Shown here: one piece after another, positions 9,719-22,103 of the stretch
Numbering within the stretch: the stretch's first letter is position 1
Layout of the letters: every line of letters begins with the position of its first letter
Assembly (NCBI GenBank): GCA_002104905.1
Contig: MCFE01000350.1
Coordinates: 24,883 to 88,882, forward strand
DNA from: Basidiobolus meristosporus CBS 931.73
Taxonomy: Eukaryota > Fungi > Basidiobolomycota
DNA: 64,000 bases
Direction: 5' to 3'
The notes under the pieces: model-generated
What the model was told of the DNA's origin: nothing
Databases searched by the model: none
Seen by the model: the letters and a program-made list of their open reading frames with translations, nothing else
Translations under genes and position numbers: made by a program

Positions 9719-12277
9719 CCCAGTCCTCATGTAACATACCTCATTCCGAAAAATCTTCAACGACCATACACTGACACTCAACTAATAAACAACCAGATCA
9801 ATTCCATGCCGAATATCCCAGTTACATGTAAACCAATTTACTTTCCGGACCACAAGATGCGGTTAATAATCATAGGTTGGTGTTTGTCAAAACAATAAAT
9901 CACACTATACACCTTTTCTACAGTCGATTCCAAATCCTTGTAAACAATGGGTAAAAGAGTGAATCGAATAGAGAGTAGTCTGAATTGAGTTACAGCAATC
10001 ATATGCTGCCTCGCGTATTGCACTTCATAGCGCTGCCACCGAGGAGTCTTCCCAACGCCATCCTGGTCAACGTCTGCGCAATGAAACGCTTCAACCGCCA
10101 TGCGACCAGGACACCGTGCATTGCTGTTGACTCCAACGCCCATGAATTCATAGGCGGCTCCGCTAGAGCAAGCTGGCTTTTCTCAGACCTTCACCAAGGG
10201 CCGTATGCATATACGAATATGATAGACGAGGCTCTATCCGTTTGTTTACCCCTAAACGCAAGCTTCCACCCGATTCAGTAGTGGGTGACCTACTTTCCCT
10301 CTTAACAACTCCAGATTTAGGCCAGCTCGCACTTGTGGGACGGTGCTATATTTGCATCAAGGCTCGACCAATACTGTATGATCAACGAAATTTGATCAGT
10401 GTGAACAGGGACAAATTTTTCAGCGACTATTTACATGTTCCTTTCTTGGGTGAAACTTCTTCTGGCTAGGTTGGAATTCAACTACCCAAATCACATCCAT
10501 ATTTATGATCACGGTGGAATGATCGAAATCCCTGCCCCCAGCGCAAAAAAAAAACCAGTTTGATGAGGATTCCGGTATTTCCTACTCCCACCCATATATG
10601 GTATGCGAATTTAATGGATGGTTTATGTAGACTACCCATATCCGGAATCCCACCCACAATCAGCATAACCGAATTATGATGTTTAAGGTTGAACTAACGT
10701 TTAGGTTCTATTGTTCACATCTAGCCGACCTGTTTCCGACTGGTTGAGTATGTATTAGCTGATGCACAAAGGTTGATGTTCAATTAATGTGAAGATGAAT
10801 GATACGAGCACGCTCAGCTATCTCGATGCAATCAGGAACTCAAGACCGCACCAAAAGCTTCCATCCCCTAAAGGCTTCAGCTAGTGGTGCAATCAACAAC
10901 GAGACTCCCGCCAGTGGCATCCCGATATCATCAGCGCGTGATATGTATATTAATTGTAATTGCAGTCTTAGGTTATAACTAAGACGTGAGGAAACAAACA
11001 TGAATCGAGCCCATTATTTATGGGATCCATTGTTCTATGGGAAACCTATTGAACGACGGTGGTGCAAAACATTTTCCCTCTCCCAAGATCCCAGCCAGCT
11101 AATCCTCACCCATGTTTAAGAATAATCAAACCTGGCGTAGGTTAACTAGAAAAGACACTGGACTGATTGGAGGAATTCTGGTCTGAATGGTGATCATGTA
11201 ATTTACAGCCATAAACGAATGCGGTGATCAGTGATCAAGTGTGGCGAAGCGGATACGAAATTCGTTCCATCCAACTGATTTCGGGGAACCACCCAATCCA
11301 CATCTTCCCAATCTGGTATCCCTTACCCTAGAATGGTATACATCGCTTAACCATGGAAATGACTATCGATCATGGGTTGAGCATTGCGTGAACAATCGCT
11401 CATTAGTCAAGAGAATCCTTTTCCTTTTTGGGTGGATCTGCCTGCCATAAGGTGAACCCTGAATTCGCTGGAATTCAGTGTTTATCTAATCGATGCCATT
11501 TCAAATCCCATAGCCCTTCATATGGCCGAATCAGGTGGTCGTGACGATGCTCGGGGGATTTCCGTGATGTCACCCGGAGGTTATGGTAATTCCATTGTGG
11601 TATCTCGAGCGAAATTAGGAATTTACACTGTATTACGCTCGCTGTCTTAGAGTGGGAAATTGCCCCTCGACCCAACAATCAATCGGTGGCTGAAATAAGG
11701 GGATTCTAGTGGATTACTTGGTACTGACTAATCCCAAATCGGCTGGATGAATCAAAAGGGAGGCCACTCTCGTCCGCCAATCTAGGCGGCTGGTAGGAGT
11801 TGGGCATTGTGTAGTTGCTTTAGAGATGAGCTTCATTGGGCCAAATAGATCCCTTCGACGACGAATTACTAACTCTCGGTCTTTGATGCTAGCTAAACAT
11901 GGAAGCAGCCAGATGACGTTTCTAGAATTGGATGGTCGCGCTGAATCAAGCCAGTGGGATTGCTCCTGACTAGAGCATCTGAGAAGTGTACCATTTAAGC
12001 TTTATTCAAATCTATTTACACGTGCAAAAGGAGAAGAGCCAAGTGTAGAATAAGTAATACAAGATACCGCTAAAGTGCTAAAGGGCCAAGCTTTCCGGTC
12101 CAAACATGTTGAGGTAAATGTCGAGGGAGGGTTGAGAAACGAAATCAAGCGGGAAAGAAAATTACAAGAAATTGTGCTGAACGAATAGGATCCGCCAAAG
12201 TGGCTCGGATAAACCACCCTGCTAGAGGAGACAGGCCGGATAGTGCTTTCCAAGGTGCATATCTTATCTTCTGTGGA

Positions 12278-13679
12278 TCAGTCCCATGGTCTCCATTTTC
12301 CATTATTGGGCCCCGATTGGGAACACTGACCGTTTTCTTCGACTTTAGCGCACTCTTCAGCTGCAACGCTGGCTAGTATGTCCATCGAGTTGGCTAGATG
12401 CGCGGGCTCGGTCATTTTTGCTGCTCGTTCAGGGGAATGGGCTCCGTTGTCAGAGAAATCCGTAGAGTTGATATTCTGGAACTTCAATGACGAAGACCCG
12501 TTCTCTAGATGCGTTGTGCGTGGCCCCAGGGGTGACATTTGGGTAGGGAAAGCGCTAACCTGTTGGCTGTACGCGGGGTTTGCGGGCGAGTTGCTCGTGT
12601 GAGTTTGTTTGAGTCCCATGACATATGGGTGACCGGGTGAGGGTGGGATTGGATTGGGCTGATACGGTCCATTAGCATTAGCTGAGGATGGAGGTGTCAT
12701 GGTGTGGCCAAATCTATCCGTGGTAGGCGAGGGGACCCACTTGGAAGAGACGGATCCATTGGCAATAGCATTAAGCGGTGAAAGTAGCGATTGCATCGAG
12801 CCGAATGATGGCGATATGGGGGAGAGTCCAGGTGCGGGGGATGGCATAGGGCTTGGTTGCATCGAGTTGTTGTAGGGAGCAACCTTGATGGGAGGAGGGA
12901 CGTTTTGCTTGTAGTTAGGTCGATTATGGCTGGTGATGGTGTTTTGGAAGCGTAACCGTTGTGGCTGAGGATATGGATGGGCGTGGTTAAAGCTGTTGTC
13001 TCTCATCTTTCCAGTGCCGTTCACTGGGATAAATTGATATGTACAATTTCCACCGGAGTTTGTACCATGGCCACCACCTGCTTGATGGCCCATGGGATGG
13101 TGTAGGAAACGGTGTGCATTTTCTGCTTTGGCTCGATTGACTTTAGCACGGCGATTCTGAAACCAAACCTTTTGCCAACCACGGGTTAATCCTGCGGTCT
13201 TTACGGGGATGAATGCTACACAAAGATATGCCTACCTGGATTTCTCTGTTGGTCATGTTTAGTTTTTTGGATAAGCTCTCGCGCACCTCAAAGCTAGGCG
13301 TATCGGTTTGCTCAAACATGGCCAAAAGCTCTTTCAGCTGCTCTGGGGTGATACGCTTTCTCTTTGCCTTCGGTTGACCGGACTGGGGTTTCCCTGCTTC
13401 TAGAGAAAATTCATATGAGTAAGCCGTTGGAAAAAGGGGTGGTGGCAAAGCAAAGTTTTGTTACTCACCAGGCGTTCTACTAGGGTTCGAGGGAGAATCG
13501 GCCTTTCTTGTTTCATTATCGTCTTTAATCTCGTCCTCTGATCTACTAAGGGAATTGGAGGTATCTGCGGAAGGGTTTAATAGCGCGGATAGACTTGCAG
13601 GGGGTGCAACTGAAGAGGTTGCAGGTAAAGGTACAGAGCTTTCTGAAGGGATTCTAGCAGTTTCAGCTACCATCTTCAT
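12278..13679 (-). CDS. Homeodomain transcription factor (3 exons)
   Basis: Splicing gives KAKRKRITPEQLKELLAMFEQTDTPSFEVRESLSKKLNMTNREIQ|VWFQNRRAK. Pro/Ser-rich C-terminus ending KWRPWD. Confidence 0.9.
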
Positions 13680-15229
13680 TTAACAACTTTATCGAGGTAA
13701 GATCCAGATACAACAGTGTATGTTTATCAACTTCTATGGCACAGTAATAGGCGACAGTAGAGGATTAAGAGCCAGCAAAATTAGTGAATACGCCAACCCG
13801 GGAAGTAAGAGCTGTATGGTAAGGTGAAGTGAAGCGAGGTGAAGTTAAAACTCTAACTGAAGTATACAGGTTAGAGGTTAAAAACAACGATGATACAAAA
13901 TTAAAAGACTTGAAATAATTTGACGCTGAATGATGGTTCGATAACAGGTCTTGATCCAGACCATCTCGGACCTTTGATTTGCTATAGCGACTTCCTGGTA
14001 AAAGAATCAAGGAGTCATTAATAGGCTAATCCTCATCCATATGTGTCAGACTTACATTTTTGGGAATTCTGATTTAGTTACAGCAACAACACAGATATTA
14101 ATCAAGATAGCCTGTCACATACTTAGCATACACCCAACCCACCTCAGGTACTACTGTATGTGGGTGGGTGAGCTCAAGCTCGTAAATCATCTCGTACGAA
14201 CGCAGAAACACAGCAAATCCGGGGGTGCGAACAGGTTTTACCTACATAAATCCGAAGAATAGATTGCGCAGGAGCAGAGTGCTAGCTACTATTCTCCGCT
14301 TCTATCACGAGGCTGAAAGACACCACCAATAAAAGTGGAGGGCAATATAAATGAATTAAAAGACTTCCAAATCGAGTAGTGAGTGTGAATCGGTTAGGAT
14401 GAGTCAATTCAACTGAGGCTAAATGGTCCAGGAATGCATTGGGTTCTGTAGTTGAAGACAAGCAGCCAGGCGAAGGTGAGGGTGAAGGGGAATTGAAGGA
14501 GCATCAGCAGTATTCCAGAAGGTCCGTTTCATGCGGTGGCCAAGGGGTGTGGGTTTACGCGATTAAAAGCACGTAATGTTTGTAATGCGAAATCGATGTG
14601 GGATCATTTCCAAAAAGAGGGTGCATTTGGTTAACTAACCAGCATTGGGAATGATTATGACAAGCAATTTCCTCATGAAATCTCCTCGATTACCATATAT
14701 TCATCATTTCTCCTAATAGGAAAGAGGGATGCGATATCCAGACAGACTAGTTATGATCTTGTTCTTGGTGCACCTTGTTGTGGTTGATATTTATATGACC
14801 TTATCGTAATGAATACATTAATATGAAACAAAGCCTTCTGCAATTGTGTGTGGCATCACTAAAAATACGCTCGCATAGGAAGCATCGTTGGGTCACGTGA
14901 TGCACTTTGTTTTCTGATAGTGCCGTGGGTGGCATACCAATGATTTTCGAGATATCATGCTGTTTTCTTCCGTGTATACAATCCGCTGAGTGGTTGGCCC
15001 ACTTTACACACAATAGTCACAAGTACTATTGTAGTGATGTAAGGTGCTTATTTATAACTCGATTTAGAGTTGTGCCGTTGACGGTTATAAAGCAGGTGGT
15101 CGCCGGAAGAGGAATTTAGTCCTACGTTTCCTACCCTCGTCCAACCGTGGTTTGTTGATAGATTGATATTCAAACCAGATCTTGTACATTCCGCCATAGA
15201 TCACTGTAGATACTTTCCAGCCGCCTCTT

Positions 15230-17096
15230 ATGGCTGCTATATTTCAATCTCGCCGCAAAGGGATTCTTCCTGTCCCCAAGAACAAGGCGAGCACTCATGA
15301 GCAGGATAAATTGTCGTTCCAGACTCTGAAAGATCCAAACTACACCACTACTGCCGAGTATGCACCTATTCAAGAATCAGATATTGATTTCAAGGAGAGC
15401 TGGGATGTCAGAGAAAAGCCCCTGCCTATTCTACCACCGCTACTCCGTCCCCACATTTCCACCATCGCCGAGTTCACGTCGCAGTCTGAGTATCAGACTG
15501 TCCCGCCCAACCCAGTCATGACCATCCCTAGCATCGCTGCATCAGAGGATCATCAAATGAAAGTGCTAGTCTCACAGGCAATGCAGGATGCTTGTGAATA
15601 CAAGGTGCTGACAATCAAACAAATGGAGCAGCTACGCCAGGTAAAGAAAGCATGCACAAAACATTCACCACCATACACCCAATTTACCGTGGCTCTGTGC
15701 TTTCTACTAGGAATACGAGGCGCAACGGAACCAAATAGCTTCCCTGAACTCTCTGCTCTCCTACGAAACGAAGTTTCTAGATAGCGCTCACACATTAATC
15801 CGGCTCCATGCATCAAACAAATACCTGCTGAAAAAGACCTCGGAGGAGCTGGCGAATGCCGGACGCAAGGTGGACGAGGTTGCCAACAGCTTATGGAAAG
15901 TAACTCAGCGAGCAAATCAAACCCAGAACCGTATCTTACACCATACGGCGGGAGTCCTAGCGGTGGCATTATTCAAGGTATCGAGTGATCAGCAGTACAA
16001 GCTGGCCAAATCCAGCTTTGCTCAAAGCTTCGGTCCCTCCATGAACGGCAAGCTTCAGCATATCGAGAAAATCGATTCCGGCTACGCGTGCAAAGCCGAG
16101 GATTCCTCTAAGGGAGGCGACATTCAAACCAGTACTCCACATGACAACGCATTCAAGCAACATCCAACATTACACATGCCGGCCCCGCAGAGAGCTCATC
16201 CTCGTACTGGAGGCATTTTCAATCAAAGCAATTTAATATCCATGCGAAAGAATTGGCACCAGGATTTTGACAACGAGCCGATCAACAAAGACAACCCAAA
16301 CTCCATCCACTCCACTGCCACTACAAACTCATCGGCATTGGGCTCGGATTATCGCTCGGACTCGACCGATCCTTCGGTCGATTCTGATTATATAGAGGCA
16401 GGTTGGCATTCCATGCAAACTGCAACTCACTCACCTCACCAACCTCAGCCTCTACCATCAAATCATCAGGACTACCCGTCACTCATGACCAAATTGATCG
16501 CTTTACAAGACGAAGTGGAGGCCTACAGGGCGAAGGCTGAGTCATTGGAGATACAGCTGCAGTCCGGTTCGCTCCCAAACCACCTGTCCACTCTTCCCGG
16601 AAATGATGGAGATGGCGACGAAAGGCGGCACATGGTTCACGCGCTCCTTCAACCCACCTTTCTGGAGAAAGAGAAGTTCCGTATGGAGGCAGAGAGCGAG
16701 GCCAGAAAGCGCCACGAGCTGGAGGAGAAGGTGGAGCGGTTGGAGCGTGAGCTAGAGCTCTGCCACTTGGAGGAAGGGGAAGATATTTATTTGATCAACA
16801 TGGAGCAAGGCAGAGCCATAGAGCGATTGCAAAAGCAGCTTGTCAGCGCTATCCAGGATATCGACCAGTTGCAGCAGCAAGGTGACGATACCAACTACAT
16901 ACTTCGTCAGCTATTCTATCGGATACCCCATACGTCCTTTAGAAACGCAACCGAGGCGCACTATGCAGAGCAGCCAAGCAGGTATACGCTAGATAGGTTT
17001 GTTATGAAGGTGACGGACCTAATCGAAGAGAATCACCAGCTGCTGGATCGAGTATTGGACTTGCAGTCAAGACAAGAGCGTTTCGAGAGGTCGTAG
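15230..17096 (+). CDS. Uds1 (up-regulated during septation)-domain coiled-coil protein (2 exons)
   Basis: QAMQDACEYKVLTIKQMEQLRQ|EY...LSYETKFLDSAHTLIRL...EELANAGRKVDEVANSLWKVTQRANQTQNRILHHTAGVL matches the Uds1 pattern. Intron at about 15641-15710, followed by a long coiled coil. Confidence 0.75.
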
Positions 17097-17374
17097 TGAA
17101 TGCTGTAACATCCCGCGAATAATAAACTGTACCATTCCACCAATGAATTGACATTATTTTATTACTTAATAATCACCACCCATGGGAGAAATGAAGGGGA
17201 AGCTCTAAGGTTCTGATGAAAATCAACCTGCTAAGTGTAAAGTGGTATATTCAAAGGATGCAGGTGAGCTAGTTTCATAGTGATATGATATAGTGGCGGG
17301 TCCGATTCCGTTTCCAAAAAGATTGCGATTAGGAGGGGGGGAGGGCTAGGCTTTAGGGCAGTAAATGATGCGAT

Positions 17375-18985
17375 TTATTCCTGTCGGGATTGGGAAAGAA
17401 ATTGATTCCATTCTACTTCCTCCTGCTCGTGGGTCATCGTTTCAACACGTAGCCCGTCCCTGTTCACCAGGCGCACCGTTTTCCCGAACAGGCGCATGCG
17501 GAAGATTTGTCCGGGGACGGGGGGAAGAAGGCGATCCTTCATAGTGGTGCGTACGAACACGCCAGCGAAAAAGCCGATCACCACGAAGATGAGGATCCAG
17601 TAGACGTTGACGATGTAGGTTTGGGGGTTGCTCTTGGTCAAGCCGCTGGAGAGCATGTTGTTATAGATTGCAGTGAAGACCAAACCACCCCCAACGCCAG
17701 CAATGGACCAGGCAGTGAGAATGATGCCGTGGCAGGCACCGATGTTGGAAGGCCCGAACATATCGGCCAAGAACGCCGGAATCACGCCGAAGCCTCCACC
17801 GTAGCAAGCGGTCAGAGCGAACATGGTTAACAGGAAGGCCCAGTAAGTGTGGGTGGTGGTGATAACGCTGAATGTGGCCATCACTATGATCTGGATGATC
17901 AACATGGACAAGAAGCAGGTCTTTCTGCCAACAAAGTCGGAAATGGTAGAGAAGAAGATACGCCCGAACAGGTTGAACCCACCGTTGATGGAGACAATGG
18001 TGGCGGCAGAGTCCTTGTCATACCCGAACAGGTCGGTGATCATGTTGGCCAATCTGGAGATAACAACAAGTCCGAAGATGGCATTGGCAAAGAACACAAT
18101 GTAGAGTAAGATGAAGTCACGGGAGGTGATCGACTCGATTAAGGTCAGCTTGATGGCTGGTTGCTGGATCACCACTCCACCCTTCTCATTGACCTCTGGC
18201 TCAGCAGCTGGTGTGGCAATTACAGTGTATCCTGGGGGAGGAACTCTGATGATGCAGGCAGCCAGCGCCATGAACACGAAGTAGAAGCTGCCCAATATAA
18301 CAAATGTAAGGGGAAGTCCCACGGCGGCGATTAATGGAAGAATCACTTTGCCTATAGCAATAGAACCGGCGCCAAACCCACACACCGCAAATCCGGCTGC
18401 AAGACCACGGCGATCCGGGAACCACTTTTGAAGCGAGGACACGGGCGAAATGTAACCAAGACCAAGACCAAAGCCACCAATAATACCGAAGCCAATGTAT
18501 AGAAGCCACATCAGTTTCAAATAAACCGCCAGCGCTGAGACCAGGTTGCCAAGGTAGAACAGGGTAGCGGCCAATAGGGCAGCCTTCTTGGGGCCGTTTC
18601 TTTCCAACCATGGACCCATGGTGGCTGCTGAGAGACCGAAAACGCCAACTGCGATGGAGAAAGTGATGGGAGCCATCTTTTCAGTGGAGCCGGGGCGGAT
18701 GGCATTATCAATGGGATCGTTGAAGACACTCCAGGCGTACAACGATCCACAGCAGAACTGAATGACCACTGCAGCAGGCATCAAGTACCATCTATTAAAT
18801 GGAACATTCCCAACGAGGAAACGCTCTCGCTCTATCTGTGCGGGGTCTCTGTTGGAGGTTGTGGTGCCATAGTGCCAGAGGATTTGCCTCATAATTGGGT
18901 TGGAAGATGTTGGAGGAGCGGCCTCAATGGAGGAGTTCAATATCTCTCCATTCTTAGCACTGTCGCTAGAATAGGTGTTGGACAT
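17375..18985 (-). CDS. MFS transporter, oxalate/formate antiporter (OFA)-like family
   Basis: Intronless 536-aa ORF with about 12 hydrophobic segments and the motifs GSLYAWSVFN, GLGLGYISPVSSLQKWFPDRRGLAAGFAVCGFGAG and CYGGGFGVIPAFLADMFG. Confidence 0.88.
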   Translation of the reverse strand: MSNTYSSDSAKNGEILNSSIEAAPPTSSNPIMRQILWHYGTTTSNRDPAQIERERFLVGNVPFNRWYLMPAAVVIQFCCGSLYAWSVFNDPIDNAIRPGSTEKMAPITFSIAVGVFGLSAATMGPWLERNGPKKAALLAATLFYLGNLVSALAVYLKLMWLLYIGFGIIGGFGLGLGYISPVSSLQKWFPDRRGLAAGFAVCGFGAGSIAIGKVILPLIAAVGLPLTFVILGSFYFVFMALAACIIRVPPPGYTVIATPAAEPEVNEKGGVVIQQPAIKLTLIESITSRDFILLYIVFFANAIFGLVVISRLANMITDLFGYDKDSAATIVSINGGFNLFGRIFFSTISDFVGRKTCFLSMLIIQIIVMATFSVITTTHTYWAFLLTMFALTACYGGGFGVIPAFLADMFGPSNIGACHGIILTAWSIAGVGGGLVFTAIYNNMLSSGLTKSNPQTYIVNVYWILIFVVIGFFAGVFVRTTMKDRLLPPVPGQIFRMRLFGKTVRLVNRDGLRVETMTHEQEEVEWNQFLSQSRQE

Positions 18986-19250
18986 GTAGAATCAAAGGAA
19001 CTCAAATGGAGGAAAAGGAAGAAGGAGTCCAAACGATGATGGGACCCAACGCAGGATGTACAGACATTAAATACTAAGCTCACCAACAGGATGCAATGTC
19101 AACTGAACAAAAACTCCAATCAAATGGATTAATTGCCTAACCTCCGAAACAGGAGAAGATCCAACATAATAAAGGACACAGTACATGATATAAGCCCCTC
19201 CAGTCAACGCTGTGTTGATGCCGGAAACAGTATGCCACATAGTTAATTGC

Positions 19251-19309
19251 CTGATTCATGATTGTAGCTTAAATGGCTGATTTATGATTGTAGCTTAATT
19301 ACCTGATTC
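19251..19309. repeat. 26-bp-period tandem repeat (about 2.3 copies) upstream of the MFS gene
   Basis: CTGATTYATGATTGTAGCTTAA at 19251 and 19277, plus a partial CTGATTC at 19303. Confidence 0.7.
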
Positions 19310-20049
19310 CGAACAGTTAGATGTCAGAGACTAATCAAACATCGCCTTATTAAATCCATTTGGGCGGAAGTGGCACTGGGTTTCAATGGAATTTAATTGA
19401 AGCTTGAATTCTAAATTTTGGGTTTTAGACAATGCTCATCCTATGCTCAGTCCTACGCTTAATCCCATGCATTCTAACAAATGGCTGAAACCTGCTGTCC
19501 GAGCCCCTCTGGATACGAGCACCCTACCTCTGTGGTGTTTAAATACAACCGGCCTATTTCAATCCTGATGCACGAGTACAGCTCCTTCAAGGAGTACAGT
19601 CACAGCCTCGGTAGCAAATAGATTGCCAACAGCCTCCCCCCAGTGGCTTATCGTGAGCCACACGGCGAACTGCATATGATATAATGTGATGTCAAGATCA
19701 TGCTGAGGCTCAGCCAGAGAAGGAATAGGCAGTTTCGCCCGGATCGCAACATTACTCCAATACAATCAGTCTCATAGTTTTTGGCAAAGTTTTCATATGT
19801 TTGCAAGACACATATCCCTGACATTTCCACATCGATCTTCGTGTTGATTCGTGCAATCCCAATGGCAAATGCGGTTGGGTGCATTGATGGATTTCCTGCA
19901 TGGAGAATTAGGGTTCGAGGCCGGTTTCCGCCCCATGCTACATTGTGCCTATGCGAGAACACGGACCGCTTTTATTCTATTTTTCACACGTTGAAAATAC
20001 TTGTATACAAACTAGGTGGACTATTAATTAGAAGGTGCTTGGGTGGGAT

Positions 20050-21143
20050 TTAGTTCTTGCCACGGCCAGCTTGGCGCCGGGATTTGCCTAATCTCTTTGG
20101 CTTACCGCCCTTGAATCCCTGCTTCATGCCCTTGGCGCTGAAGCCAGATATATCGTTGGTGCTGTCGGCGGTGTTGCTCTTGCTACCACGCTTGCGGCCA
20201 CCGAATCCAAACTTGGCATCCTTCTTGACCCGCTTGGCGTTCTTGCCCGGCAATTTGGACTTTCTCTTGGTGATGGATGCCTCGTCATCGTCGGAAATGG
20301 CGATATCAAAGTCGTCGTCGTTCATGTCACCATCCTTCAATTCTGCAAGCAATACGCCGTTAGGCTACGGGGACGAAATCTCCTTGTGCGGTGCGCTACT
20401 TACTTCTCTTGGCCATCTTGATCTTCTCGAGCTCTTGGGATTTCTGCATCTGGCGCTCCTTGAGCTTCTCCACCTGCACCTTCTTGCCGAACTTCTTCAA
20501 CTCGCGCTGCTTACGAGCTTCCTCGGAAGCCTTGATGGACTGGGACTCGTCGAGAAGACGTTGTCTGACCTACAATACCAAACATCCTAGGTTTAGCTGA
20601 AGTGCACGGTGGGCCGAGCTACTTGCCGGGGACAATACCTTCTGCATGTGTTCGTCCGATTTCACCATCTCAGCGAAATAGTCGTCGGGGCGGACAAAAG
20701 GAATTCCGGCGGCGGTGATCTTGGCGTGAGCCTCCTTGGCAGCCTCCAATGCTTGGTTGTAGCTGGAATGGGTCGAAGTTTGAGTATGGAAGTTTGCGAG
20801 GCTGTAACCGACAACACACTTACAAGGCCAATTCACGCTTCAAGTCGTTATAAACATCCTCCACAACAAGGGGTTCGGAGGAGGTGATAGCCTGAGTCTC
20901 AATCCAAGGCAGATCGAGCTTGATCTCCTCAAGGGCATCGTTCAGGCCTTGCTATTACCAAAGTGGAAGGTTAGGGTTAGGTTTGGGAAAAGGGGTGGCC
21001 GGATACGAAAGGCTCGCAAGTACCTTGTTGTTCACGGTGAGCTTTTGCTCAGGAATGGTGTCCTCGTCGACGGAGAGATCGGCGTCCGAAAGCTCCTCCA
21101 TAGGGATGGCTTCGGGGATCTCGGAATCGGAAATGTCAGACAT
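20050..21143 (-). CDS. EBP2: rRNA-processing protein Ebp2 (multi-exon)
   Basis: LPWIETQ...DLKRELAF|YNQALEAA...GIPFVRPDDYFAEMVKSDEHMQK...RELKKFGKKVQVEK...KRVKKDAKFGFGGRKRGSKSNTADS. Confidence 0.92.
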
Positions 21144-21572
21144 ATGCTAAAGTGTTGGGTACCAAGGGGAAGGGGTTGGGAGATTGGACGTGGAAGTGGA
21201 AGAGACTTGATATGGGCAATGTGGAAAAAAAGCCTCGCCCGACTAAACGAGTGGATAATCAGATGCTTGAAACTTGGGTGTTTTTTTCTTTCGCACCGCA
21301 CGATCTCCGTGGACACGAGAAATTGTTTTTTCTTTTTTTTCGCCGCCTTCACCAGGACCGGATTTTTTTCACGGGCCTCTGGTGTGAGGTGGATCGATCG
21401 CCAGCCAGCCAAATGGGAGTTATCCCGAGTCCCCTTCCCTCTCCCCCGCCGACCAATCAGACGGCCCGCTTCCGGCATCCTCGGCATCAGTTTGATAAAA
21501 CGGAATTCTGCCACTTGTCGAAATTCCTCTCTTTCCCATCCCTCAGCGGCCGTTAGAAAGCCTCATTCAAAC

Positions 21573-21917
21573 ATGGTACGTATCCTACCACCCCAAATAC
21601 ATCCAACGCCGACCGGCACACTGATTGCTTTGCATCTCTAGACTAAGGGTACCCAAAGTTTTGGTAAGCGTCACACCAAGTCTCACACTCTCTGCCGTCG
21701 TTGCGGCAAGCGTTCCTTCCACAACCAAAAGAAGACCTGCGCTTCCTGCGGTTATCCTGCCGCCAAGATCAGAAGCTTCAACTGGGGCCAGAAGGCCAAG
21801 CGTAGAAAGACCACCGGTACCGGTCGCATGAGATACCTCAAGAACGTCTCCCGCCGCTTCAAGAACGGTTTCCGTGAGGGTACTCAAGCCCAAAAGCAAA
21901 CCACCGCTTCTGCTTAA
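21573..21917 (+). CDS. RPL37: 60S ribosomal protein L37 (not in the ORF track; exon 1 is the ATG alone)
   Basis: ATG at 21573-21575 and an intron at 21576-21641, then [67 protein letters not shown]...GFREGT. Stop TAA at 21915-21917. Confidence 0.97.
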
Positions 21918-22103
21918 GTCCTCCCAGGGAGTTCGGCGCGTACGGTTTATTGCTCTACACTCGAATAAATCAAATAAATTCGTGGCTTTCCCAGTATGTT
22001 TGGCCTTTGGCTGCTCTTTATTTGTTATGCTAAGGGTGGAGGTGGGGTGGTTATATTACATCTCGGCGGTTAACTGAGTGAGCAGCTTCCTGGAAACCAA
22101 GAG

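Noticed and set aside
17507-18750. Alternative-frame and antisense ORFs over the MFS gene
   Set aside because: These are expected from high GC at third codon positions and have no independent support.
19559-19765. Minus-strand ORF with WGEAV resembling a copia integrase motif
   Set aside because: No flanking integrase residues align, and the sequence is CpG-rich unlike the TEs here.
20949-21899. Long ORFs of 100-230 aa across the EBP2-RPL37 region
   Set aside because: They are antisense or off-frame shadows of the spliced EBP2 and RPL37 genes and their promoter.
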